Below, piece by piece: positions 31,551 through 44,969 of a stretch of 64,000 nucleotides of DNA (position 1 is its first letter; each line of letters begins with the position of its first letter). Origin of the DNA: an uncultured Gemmatimonadaceae bacterium. Its GTDB lineage: Bacteria > Gemmatimonadota > Gemmatimonadetes > Gemmatimonadales > Gemmatimonadaceae. The position numbers were made by a program, and so were the translations under genes. The notes under the pieces were generated by a model. That model was not told the DNA's origin and did no database searches. It saw only the letters and a program-made list of their open reading frames with translations. The stretch spans positions 3,008,001-3,072,000 of the forward strand of contig CAWJMB010000002.1 of NCBI GenBank assembly GCA_963843845.1. The letters are read 5' to 3'.

Positions 31551-32927
31551 ATGACCGCACAATTTCACCGTTCGGCCCGCGTCGCCGCGATCGCGGCGAC
31601 CGGCCTCGCCGTCGCAGCGTGCGAGGGACCCACGACGTCCACGGCGCGTCCCGAGGTTCCGCAATCGGCCGCCGCCGCGATCGCTGCGGGGGTTCCGGTC
31701 CTTCCCACGTTGGAGGCGCGTCCGGCGAGTGGTGCCAGCTTCCTCCGCCTCAACGCCGTCGATGTCACCGTTCCGGCACGGGCGGTCGGCGCGCAGGCCG
31801 TCGTCGCCGCCGCCGTCGCGCCGGGCACGCTCGTGCGATCGCTGACGGCGCCGAACCCGGACGGCTGCGGCATCCAGACGGGCATCGCGTTCGACGGCAC
31901 GAATCTGATGATGACCTGCTGGTACAACCAGCGGATCGATCTGTACAACCCCTCGACCGGGGCGCTCGTGAAGCGCCTCAACGTTCCGTCGCTCAGCGGC
32001 GGGTTCTACGCGATCGGCTGGGACGGGCGCGACCAGCGGCTCTACGCCTGCTCCAGCGGCAATCGCGTGTATCGCATCGACACGAGCGACCCGAACGGCG
32101 ACGGCATCGTCGAGCCGGGCGAGGTCGCGTTCCAGTTCACGGTTCAGTCCTGCATCGACGGGTTCGCGTTCGACGGCGCGGACCGCACCGCGTGGGCGAG
32201 CGGCGACGCCGCCTCCACGCTCCAACACTACTCGCTCGCGGGCACGCTCATCGGGACGCACTCCGTGAGCGGTCTGCTCGGCGGTAATGGGAACTCGGGG
32301 ATCGCCGCCGGCGGCGGGAATCTGTATCTCGCGAACAACGGCGGCTCGCAGATCTACGTCGCGAACAAGCCGCCGACGACGAGCACGCTGTTCGCCACCT
32401 TCCCGCGCCGCATCGAGGATCTCGAGTGCGACGACCTCACCTTCCGCAGCGAGGGGATCGCCGTCATCTGGCAGCAGGACGCCTATGACCGCGACATCCA
32501 GGCGTACGCGATCGAGCCCGGCGCGTGCCCCTTCGGCGGCCTCGCAGCGACGGCCGTCGTCATGGACGTGCAGCCGAACCAGATCAGCCTCGCCAACAAC
32601 CCGATCGTCAACGTCATCCTGATCTCGAACGGGATCTTCGACGCGACGACGGCGAATCTCGCGAACATCCGCTTCGTGGTCGATGGGAACACCGCCGCCG
32701 GCGCGAGCGTCGCGCGGCGTGGCACGGGCGCCGGCGCTCCCTTCATCACGTCGACGGCCGACTACAATCGCGACGGCCGCCTCGATCGGCTGCTCACGTT
32801 CAACACGAGCGCGCTGCGCGCCGCCGGCCTCACGACGAGCTCCACGAACTTCGTCGTCCAGGATCTCACGAGCGCGTCCGGCAAGTTCAACGCGAGCGAC
32901 ACGGTCATCCCGACGATCGTTCCGTAG
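31551..32927 (+). CDS. Secreted lipoprotein with a beta-propeller-like region and C-terminal Ca-binding (DxNxDG) domain
   Basis: Lipobox AVAAC; GIAFDG / AIGWDG / GFAFDG repeats; DPNGDG and DYNRDGRLD motifs; GGAG RBS upstream. Confidence 0.75.
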   Translation: MTAQFHRSARVAAIAATGLAVAACEGPTTSTARPEVPQSAAAAIAAGVPVLPTLEARPASGASFLRLNAVDVTVPARAVGAQAVVAAAVAPGTLVRSLTAPNPDGCGIQTGIAFDGTNLMMTCWYNQRIDLYNPSTGALVKRLNVPSLSGGFYAIGWDGRDQRLYACSSGNRVYRIDTSDPNGDGIVEPGEVAFQFTVQSCIDGFAFDGADRTAWASGDAASTLQHYSLAGTLIGTHSVSGLLGGNGNSGIAAGGGNLYLANNGGSQIYVANKPPTTSTLFATFPRRIEDLECDDLTFRSEGIAVIWQQDAYDRDIQAYAIEPGACPFGGLAATAVVMDVQPNQISLANNPIVNVILISNGIFDATTANLANIRFVVDGNTAAGASVARRGTGAGAPFITSTADYNRDGRLDRLLTFNTSALRAAGLTTSSTNFVVQDLTSASGKFNASDTVIPTIVP

Positions 32928-33046
32928 CTCCGTCGCTCCGTCGGCCCGTAGTCCGGTAGTTCCGTCGTCCCGGAATTCGCAGGCGCCGGCCCATCCGGCG
33001 CCACCGCGATCGATGCAGCCTCACCCACTTTCTCACTGGAATCGTC

Positions 33047-33622
33047 ATGCGTCCACCCATGCGCCTTGTCCTGGCCGCTGCAGCGCTCGCGCTCGGAGCC
33101 GCCGCGCCTCGCCAGGCGTCCGCGCAGTTCACGGTCGCCTGCGCCCCCGGCGTCGGCTGCACCCAGCTCCGCTTCACCTACACCGCGTCGGGACCGGTCC
33201 AGGTCAACTCGCTCTCGATCTCGCTGTTCAACACGCCGTTCACCCTCGTCTCGGGCTTCGCGCCGGGAATCGGGACATACACGGCGGTCGACGCGATCGG
33301 TGCGTTCGGCGGCTTCTCGGCGATCGATGCGACCGGTAAGCAGATCGACATCGACTTCGCCGGTGGCGCCGGCTTTCCGTTCGAGCTGACCGCAGCCGGT
33401 GAGAGCGGCTATGTGCAGCTCGAGGGAACGTTCAACACGCCCACCTTGCCCGACGGCCTCGTGGCGAACATCACGCTCACGCCCCCGAACGGTGCGCCGA
33501 TCACGGGGACGGCGACGCTCGGACCCGCGGTCTCCTCCGTGCCCGAGCCGGCGACCGTCCTGCTCATGGCGACCGGACTCGGCGTCGTCGGCATCATCGC
33601 CCGCCGCCGTCGCAGCCGCTAA
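33047..33622 (+). CDS. PEP-CTERM sorting-domain protein
   Basis: Signal peptide ending ASA|Q; C-terminus VPEPATVLLMATGLGVVGIIARRRRSR. Confidence 0.93.
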   Translation: MRPPMRLVLAAAALALGAAAPRQASAQFTVACAPGVGCTQLRFTYTASGPVQVNSLSISLFNTPFTLVSGFAPGIGTYTAVDAIGAFGGFSAIDATGKQIDIDFAGGAGFPFELTAAGESGYVQLEGTFNTPTLPDGLVANITLTPPNGAPITGTATLGPAVSSVPEPATVLLMATGLGVVGIIARRRRSR

Positions 33623-33644
33623 TCCAGGTGTGATCGTTCGGTCA

Positions 33645-33706
33645 CCCCGAACGGAACGCGCGGGCCGCTCGAGCACATCCGAGCGGCCCGCGCGTTCCGT
33701 TCGGGG
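33645..33706. terminator. 27-bp perfect stem hairpin between convergent genes
   Basis: CCCCGAACGGAACGCGCGGGCCGCTCG-N8-CGAGCGGCCCGCGCGTTCCGTTCGGGG. Confidence 0.75.
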
Positions 33707-33713
33707 ACCGCGC

Positions 33714-34829
33714 TCACGGAGTGGAGCCGGCCGGCGAGACCGCGCGGCGTGAGCGCACGGCGTCGGCGACGGGGGTGAACGAGGCCGCGTGGATCGTGTT
33801 CGGATACAGCGTCCGCAGATGAGCGGCGAGTCGTCCGAGCGGGACGACGCGCGCCCTCCGACCGATGATGTCACGTACGCTCGCCATCACGCGCCGCTCG
33901 AGCGTCGCTCGATCGGGCGACGTGCCGGCGAGCGACATGAAGCCAGTCGCCGTCAGCGCGTCGCGCACGGCGCGCGCCGCCGCCGTGCGCAGCGAATCGT
34001 CTTCGAGTGCCGTCAGCGAGACGCCACGCTGCCGCGCCAGGCCCACCACGAGCGCCCGCCGCGCCGATTGCCGCACCACACTCTCGACGTCGGCATCCGA
34101 CCCGGCCGCGAGCGCCCGGCGCGTGAGCGGCGGCTGCAGCGCGAGCAACGCCGCGAATTCCCGCGCCGTCACCGCACCGTCCCGGAAGGTCGCGAGCGTG
34201 TCGTCGACGGCGGGTGCGGCGGTCGACGAGGCGATCTGGCGCGCGCGGGCGATGGACCCTGAAGCCAGGCGCACGTTCGCCCCACCCTCGAGCGAGTCGA
34301 TGTACGCGGACTCCGCGATCCGCAACGCGCGATCCTCGTCCATCTCCCGCTTCTCTTCCGCGATCCGGCGGTCGAACGCGTCTGCCGCGTTCCGCGGGCG
34401 CTCCTCGTCGCGGTCGCCGCCTCGGTTCTCGCGTTCGGCCTTCTGCACGGCCTCGAACACCGCACGGCCGGGCACCGCGACCGAGCGCAGCTTCACCGCG
34501 ACCGCCTGCTCGCGCTCGGGGACGATGTACTGTTCGATGCGGAACGCGCTCAGCGCCGTATCCGACGCCGCGGCGGCCGTCGCGAGCAGCGCATAGTCGG
34601 TCCACAGGTCGGCGAGCGCCTGCACCTCGAGCGTGTCGCCACGACTGCGCGGGGCGATCAGCAGCAGCGACGTCGCGCTGTCGACGTCGAGGGAGAGGTC
34701 GCCCGCCTGCGCGACGACGCCGTCGCTCGCCGCCTCCGATCGAGCACATGCGCCGAGCGCCGCGGCGAGCGCGCAGAGCAGCAGCAACCGTTCGATGCGG
34801 CCGGGCGCACGGCTTCTCTCTTTCATCAC
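33714..34829 (-). CDS. Lipoprotein resembling a SurA/PrsA-type chaperone, no evident parvulin domain
   Basis: Lipobox ALGAC; VVAQAGDLSLDV, LADLWTDYALLA, and a second LATFRDGAVTAREF...LVVGLARQRGVSLT module. Confidence 0.55.
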   Translation of the reverse strand: MMKERSRAPGRIERLLLLCALAAALGACARSEAASDGVVAQAGDLSLDVDSATSLLLIAPRSRGDTLEVQALADLWTDYALLATAAAASDTALSAFRIEQYIVPEREQAVAVKLRSVAVPGRAVFEAVQKAERENRGGDRDEERPRNAADAFDRRIAEEKREMDEDRALRIAESAYIDSLEGGANVRLASGSIARARQIASSTAAPAVDDTLATFRDGAVTAREFAALLALQPPLTRRALAAGSDADVESVVRQSARRALVVGLARQRGVSLTALEDDSLRTAAARAVRDALTATGFMSLAGTSPDRATLERRVMASVRDIIGRRARVVPLGRLAAHLRTLYPNTIHAASFTPVADAVRSRRAVSPAGSTP

Positions 34830-34938
34830 GTCGATCTCCGGCTGGAAGGAGCGACCACGAGTCGCGAACCGCTCGCCTCTGGTGCGTGCTGCGAGCGGTC
34901 ACAAAGTACGCCGTGCGGCCGATCTCCGCAGCGGAGCG

Positions 34939-37618
34939 TCAGCGCCGCCGCCGCTTCGTGAACTTCCGATTTCCGCCCGGCGGCCCGCCGCGCGGCCCGT
35001 GTCGCGCGTCAGCCTTCGGCCCGTGGCGTCCGAACTCACGCCGGTGTTCCGCGCGCGGCGGCGCGTCCGCGTGCCGCTCGTCATTCTCCTCTGGCGCCCA
35101 CGGCCGGTCGAGCAGCTCCTGCAGCTCGTCGAGCGTATCGGCGCGCACCGCACCGCGCTGCCCGCGCGTGACGACGAACCGTACCGGCCGGTCGAGCCGC
35201 GGCACCTCGTCCTCGACGAGCGTGCGCGCGATCTTCTCGGGCAGCCGCAGGCGCGCGACGCCGGCGAGCCGGTCATCGCCGGCGTCTTCGACGTCGTACA
35301 CGATGTCGATCGGCTTTCCGCGCACCTCGACGTAGTTCGGCAGCGCCAGATAGCGCGCGCGATCCTCGGCCGAGACGAGCGCGTCGAGATCGAGACGGAG
35401 CGGCGCGGCGCGGAAGTCGTGCAGCGAGGTGACGTCGGCGAGCTGCGCCTCGTACAGGTCCGCCAACTCGCGCATGCCGAGCTTCGCCGTCACGCCGCCC
35501 GAGCGCCGCCACACCTCGCGGACCTGATGAATCGCGTCGTGATTGCGCTTCACCGCGACGTGGCGCGCCTCCTCGCGTGCCATCGCCTCGGCGAGCGCGC
35601 GGCGCGCCTGCGGTGCGACGTCCGTGGGGAACACGTCGACGTCCTCGACGTCACGCTCCAGCTCGAAGCCGTAGTACTCGACGCGTCGGGTGAGGGCGAG
35701 CGGGTTGTGCTTGCGGCGCGGATCGTAGATCAGCTCAGCGTCGCCCCGCGTCGCGTACTGCCGCACGAGATCCATGGGGATCTGCGTCCCCTCGATCGAC
35801 GCGCGCGGCACGCCGAATCGGTCGGCGAAGAAGCGCAGCGCACCGGCGATCGCGCCCCAGCTTCCGCACACGCTCGTCTTCGAGACGCGCGCCTCCTCCC
35901 CCCACGCCGTTTCCTCGTCGATCACGAGGTCGAACGGCATGAAGCGCGCGAGCAGGTCGGCGAAGCGGCGATGTACGCGCTCCGTCGCCCACGGCATCCG
36001 GTCGGGCAGCGGGATGCCCAACGAGCGGTACACGCTCGCCGCGGCGAGCGCCGCATCCTCGACGGCTTTCACGAGCACGCCACGGCGCTCTGCCCACGCC
36101 GCGATCCGCTCGGCGTCGAACAGGTGGCGCTCGAGGCCATACACCTCGCCGACGTAGCCGGCCTCGCGGAACGCCTCGGCGTACAGGTTGTACGCGGTGA
36201 GGTGATCGCTCCCGGGCACCACGACGCCATCGAGGTCGCGCTCCTCGCGCGTCATGCGGTGCAGCGACTCGATGGCGCTCATCACGGCGAGGAAGGGCAC
36301 GAGGTCGTCGTCGGCGTTGACGATGAGCTCCGCCCACATCCGCTCGACCGGCAGCGCTTCGACCGCCCTGCCGTACTGCGTCAGGCGCCCCCGCTCGTCG
36401 ATGACGCCGCGCCCCTGCAGCCGCGTGAAGGCGCGCCGGTACGCGACGCGGTCGAGGGCGACCGGCAGCTCGAGGTCGTCGGCCCGAACGCCCAACGCCG
36501 CGCAGGTGAGCGCGACGCGCTCCGAGTCGCCGGCGAGCTGGAATTCCGGCGCGGTCGGCTGCAGCGCGTCGAAGTCGATGTCGCGGTCGCTGAGGATGAA
36601 CACGCGACCGCCTTCGACGCGCCCGTGCACGCGCCCCGCCATCTGCAGGATCTCGTTCGCGCCGAGGTGCAGCCGCGTGAGCACGTTGCGGCCGCGCTCG
36701 ACGACGTTCGTGAAGCGCGTGTCGTCGATGATGACCGTGTCGAGCCCCTGCACGTTGAGCGCGCTCTGCCCGGCCGCAGTCATCGCGAGGAAGTACGGCT
36801 TGTGCTCCTCGCCCTCGAGGAAGGGGCGCAGTCACGCGGATCGGCTCGCCGCCGTGGTAGAAGCCGCGTTGATGCGCGGATAGCGTGTCTCGACACTGCT
36901 CGGCCGCCTCCTCGACGCCGGCGCGCGTCGGGAGGAACATGCCGACGCCGCGCCGCTGCTTCACGACGCCCTGCAGAAAGCGTTCGTCGAGGAAGTCGAC
37001 CGGCCCTTTGCGCACGACCTGCACCTTCGCCGCCTTCTCCGGATCGAACGAGTACACCTGCAGCACGTCGCGCCGAGTTCAGGTAGCGCGCGTAGAACGT
37101 CGGGTCGACGGTCGCCGAGAGCCAGATGAAGCGGCAGCCGACGCGCTTGCCTAGCGCGAGGCAGAGCTCGAGCTCGGCCGACGTCTGGTGGATCTCGTCG
37201 ACGATGAGCGTGTCGGACGGCAGGATGTCGCCGTCCTGGAACCAGCGCCGCGCGATGCCGGTGGTGACGATGATGACGTTCCACGTCGGCGTCTCGGGCG
37301 TCGCCTCGCGCTCGCGATTCACGACGCCGACCCGAAGTCGGCGCCCGAGGATCTCCTCGGCGATCGGCCGGATCGCGAGCGTCTTGCCGGTGCCCGTCCC
37401 GGCGACGATGCCGAACCCGTGCCCCGAGCGCGCCAGGTCGCGCACCCGCGCGCCGTGCTCCGCTCGAGGTACGTGTCGAGGTGCAGTCCGAGGGCGAGCT
37501 CGATCGTCTCGCAGGCGGCCCGCGTCGGCGCGATGACGATGATGCGGCCGGTCGGCGGCTCGGCCGCGACGAACGCGTCACGGTCGGGAGGCAGGTAGCG
37601 GTCGGTCGGTTGGCGCAT
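34939..37618 (-). CDS. SF2 DExH-box helicase (HrpA/NPH-II-like), frameshifts at 36.8-37.5 kb
   Basis: AGTGTGKT, IVDEIH, LSAT, FLPTR, YHGG, QSALNVQG, QMAGRVHGR, and an HA2-like LTQYGRAVEALPV. Confidence 0.85.
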
Positions 37619-37714
37619 GGGCGAAAGATGCACTCTGCGCTTTGGAAACGGTGCCGAGAAGCCGTTCAGCCGCCGTGCCACCGCACGAACAACCGGCCGA
37701 GCCACCACGCCGCA

Positions 37715-38928
37715 CTACCGCCCGATGATCTTCGACACGCGTCCGTTCTGGTAGATCTCGATGCGGTCGGCCACGCCGTCGCCGTCGCGGTCGGTCCACA
37801 CCTGCAGCAGCCGGCTGGTGTTCGCGTCGAGCCACATGGCGCGGTAGGGCGTGCCGGTTCGCTTCAGCTCGGACAGGCGCACGAACACCTCCGCCGTGCC
37901 GAGCCAGCGAAGCGCGAGCGGCGACCCGATCCCGCGCTGCACGTCGAGGGCGGCGCGCATCGGGGGCATCGAGGACGAGTACGGCGCGGAGGCGAGCCCC
38001 GGGTAGTCGTCGCATCGGCCGTCGCCGTCGAGGTCGCGGCAGAACCCGCCACCCGTGCGAGAGTCGTCGCACCAGCCGTCGCCGTCGCGGTCGAGACACA
38101 CACCGTTCGCGCGGCCGGGCAGCGAGTAGCCGAGTCCGTAGCCCGGTCCGACGCGCGGATCGTAGCTGGCGCCGAGCCGCGGATCGTAGCGCGGATCGGA
38201 CCGCGGATCGTACCGCGGATCGTACCGCGCGATCGTCGTACCGCGGGTCGGAGCGGGGATCGTACCGCGGGTCGGAGCGGGGATCAGCACGCGGGTCGTC
38301 GCGCCGCAGGCGGTCGTCGTCATCGCGAGGATCGCCGCGGCGACGGCGCGCGACGACGCTGCGCCGCTCGCCGTTCTGCATCCTGCCGCCCTCGTTCCAC
38401 GCGACGCCGCTCGGACAGCGTGCTGTCGGTACGCGAACGCGCGGGTGGCTGCGACCACATCGTGGCATCGTCGTCCGCCGACGGCCCGGAGCGGAACGGC
38501 AGGACGTCGAGCGGCGCACCGAGGGGCGCATCGAGGGGCGCATCGAGCACGACGATCGCTGCGTATTCCTCGCCGTCCGGCCGCTTGTCCCGATCGCGAG
38601 CCCGCTCCTTGTCCTTCCCACGCTTCTCGACGTAGTCGTCACCGAAGATCACGCGCCCACCGTTCGGTCGATTGCGAACGGCGCTCGCACAGTCGGTCGG
38701 CGCGGGCTGCTGCGACGCCGGTACGCCGTCGAGCCAGATGCGGCACATGCCAGGCGGCGGGCGGTAGGCCGTGGGCACCGGCTGGCTGTCGCGCTCCGAT
38801 CGCGCCCGCGGGTCGAGCTGGCGGATCGCCGGCCGCGACGGCAGACGCACCTGTGCTCCCTGCGCGCCGACCGCGGAGGCGGTAGGCACGGTGAGCACGA
38901 GCGCGGCGAGCAGCAGAGCTGATTTCAT
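37715..38928 (-). CDS. Secreted protein with a PPPGMCRIW domain, (Y/S)DPR repeats and DxDGDG motifs; probably one gene split by two indels
   Basis: Signal peptide and PPPGMCRIWLDGVP..QPAPTDC in ORF 38320..38928. DPR repeats continue across two other frames into CLDRDGDGWCDD, CRDLDGDGRCDD and WTDRDGDGVADRIE. Confidence 0.6.
38155..38300. repeat. 12/24-bp tandem repeats encoding (Y/S)DPR
   Basis: CGCGGATCGTA(C/G) units and two copies of GATCGTACCGCGGGTCGGAGCGGG-like sequence. Confidence 0.8.
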
Positions 38929-39018
38929 GACACCTCGCGACTACGGAAGATCGCCGACGTCGACGATACGCTCCCCGTCCAAAGCACGCCGGGTGCCACG
39001 ACGCGCCCCCCGATGATG

Positions 39019-39054
39019 TCTCGCAAGACGTTGCAGGACAACGACTTGGCGAGA
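39019..39054. promoter_or_regulatory. Intergenic palindrome CAAGACGTTG-N5-CAACGACTTG
   Basis: 9/10 inverted repeat extended by TCTCG/CGAGA, about 90 bp upstream of the 38928 start. Confidence 0.55.
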
Positions 39055-39150
39055 GACTGCCGGCGGTGGCTCGTCACGGTGTCCGTGAGCGATGACGGGA
39101 GCGTCCCGATCGCAGGACGGCCGAGCGCACTCGGCGTCACTGATCGGTCA

Positions 39151-40267
<1,117 letters not shown>

Positions 40268-40378
40268 GTGCTAGCAAACTACAGGCGGAGCGGGTACTGG
40301 GGCCGGATGTGCGAATCGAGACAGCGGTATCCGATCGACGTCGCCTCTCACCCGCTGGACGTTCCGCCGTCGATCGGC

Positions 40379-43329
<2,951 letters not shown>

Positions 43330-43459
43330 GGCGTCCTCGAGAGGGGTGGGGGGAACGTTCGTTCTACGCGCCGCGCGCCGCGTTCGTTTGTGCGTTCGTT
43401 CGGTCGCTCGGGCGTTCGGACGATACGCCACATTCGCACATCGTCGCGACTTTCGTCGC

Positions 43460-43930
43460 ATGACGGCACACGCAGACGGACGCTCGGTCGCACGCGACGT
43501 CGCACGCCGCGCCGCGCGGGTCGGTGTCACCCTTCCCGAACTGCTCATCGCGCTCACCGTCGCGGCGATCCTCGCGTCGATCGCGCTGTCGGGCGCGGCG
43601 CGCGTCGCGGACTCGCTCGCCGTGCGCGGTGCAGCGCACGAGCTGCGCGCGGGGCTGCGCGAGGCGCGCCACCTCGCGGTGCTGCGTGCGGCGCGGGCGG
43701 CGGTGCGCGTCGACACGGCACCTCCCGTCGTCACGGTCGTCGTCGCGTCGGAGACGTCGTCGGTGCGCTCGATCGGCGCGCGCTATGGCGTGCGCGTGTC
43801 GGCGACGCGCGACTCGGTGGCGTATGCCGGGAACGGGCTCGGCTGGGGCGCTGCGAATGCGCGCTTCGTCGTGCAGCGGCGCGCGGCCGCGGAGACGATC
43901 ACCGTCTCGCGACTCGGGCGCGTGCGATGA
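43460..43930 (+). CDS. Stand-alone FimT/GspH-like pilin
   Basis: RVG|VTLPELLIALTVAAIL, AREARHLAV-like helix, C-terminal TITVSRLGRVR. Confidence 0.85.
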   Translation: MTAHADGRSVARDVARRAARVGVTLPELLIALTVAAILASIALSGAARVADSLAVRGAAHELRAGLREARHLAVLRAARAAVRVDTAPPVVTVVVASETSSVRSIGARYGVRVSATRDSVAYAGNGLGWGAANARFVVQRRAAAETITVSRLGRVR

Positions 43931-44023
43931 CGCCGCGTCACACGGCCACCGTCGTGCGCCGACGGAGACCCACGCCGAGTCGGCGAGCGTCGTGCGCCTC
44001 GACGGCAGGGCCGTCGCTGACGC

Positions 44024-44953
44024 TCAGGACGCCGACTCGTGAGCGATCGCGGCACGGCGGACCGCGTCGAGCACGGTCGCGTTCACGAGCTCGGGCACCT
44101 CCTCCGGCAGCGTGTGTCCGGCGTTCCGGATGGTCGCCCACCTCACCCCGGGGATGCACTCCACGTAGCGCGCGCACGCCCGCTCGCGCACGAGGTGATC
44201 GCGCGCTCCGAACAGCACCATCGTCGGGCACGCGATGCGCACCAGCTCCGCCGGCCGCCCGTCGCTCCACTCGAACGCGCGGGACAGCCGGGCGATCGCG
44301 CGGAGGAAGTCGGGGTCGCGGGTCGGCGCCCAGTATTCGTCGACGTCCCGCGCCGAGGGGCGCCCGATGCGGCCGTAGGCGCGCCAGAGGCCGACGCGAA
44401 AGCTCCACCGCGGTGTCACGTACGGCAGGATCGCCTCGAACGGCCACCGCGCGAACGGCAGCACGAGCCGCATCATGCCGATCGACCCGAAACCGACGGG
44501 GGCGAGCAGCACGAGCCCCGCGACCCGTGCGGGCGTGTCGGTCGCCACGCGCATCGCGATCGCCGCGCCCATCGAATGTCCCACGAGCACCGCGCGCTCG
44601 ATGTCGAGCGCGTCGAGCGTCGCGCGCACGAACTCCGCGAGCGCCGGGAGCGTGTAGTGTGTGCGGTCGAGCGGCTTGTCGGAGAGCCCGTGGCCGACGA
44701 GGTCGAACGCCACGACGCGATGCCCCGCGTCGGCGACCGCCCGCAGGTTGCGGTGCCAGGTGTACGCGGAGCACGCCCAGCCGTGCACGAACACGGCCGT
44801 CGGCGCGTCGCGGGCGGCCGCCACGTCTGGCTCGCATCGAACGACGCGGACCCGCACGCCGTTCGGCAGCGTGACGTACTGCACCGCGTAGCCCGCTCGC
44901 CCGGCCGGAAACATCTCGGCCGGGGCGAGCCGGCCGGGCAACACCGTTCCCAT
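44024..44953 (-). CDS. Alpha/beta hydrolase (Ser nucleophile)
   Basis: VFVHGW, DLVGHGLSDKP, GHSMG, GARD, AGH..PEE.PE.VN. Confidence 0.92.
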   Translation of the reverse strand: MGTVLPGRLAPAEMFPAGRAGYAVQYVTLPNGVRVRVVRCEPDVAAARDAPTAVFVHGWACSAYTWHRNLRAVADAGHRVVAFDLVGHGLSDKPLDRTHYTLPALAEFVRATLDALDIERAVLVGHSMGAAIAMRVATDTPARVAGLVLLAPVGFGSIGMMRLVLPFARWPFEAILPYVTPRWSFRVGLWRAYGRIGRPSARDVDEYWAPTRDPDFLRAIARLSRAFEWSDGRPAELVRIACPTMVLFGARDHLVRERACARYVECIPGVRWATIRNAGHTLPEEVPELVNATVLDAVRRAAIAHESAS

Positions 44954-44969
44954 CCGACCGACGATCAGG

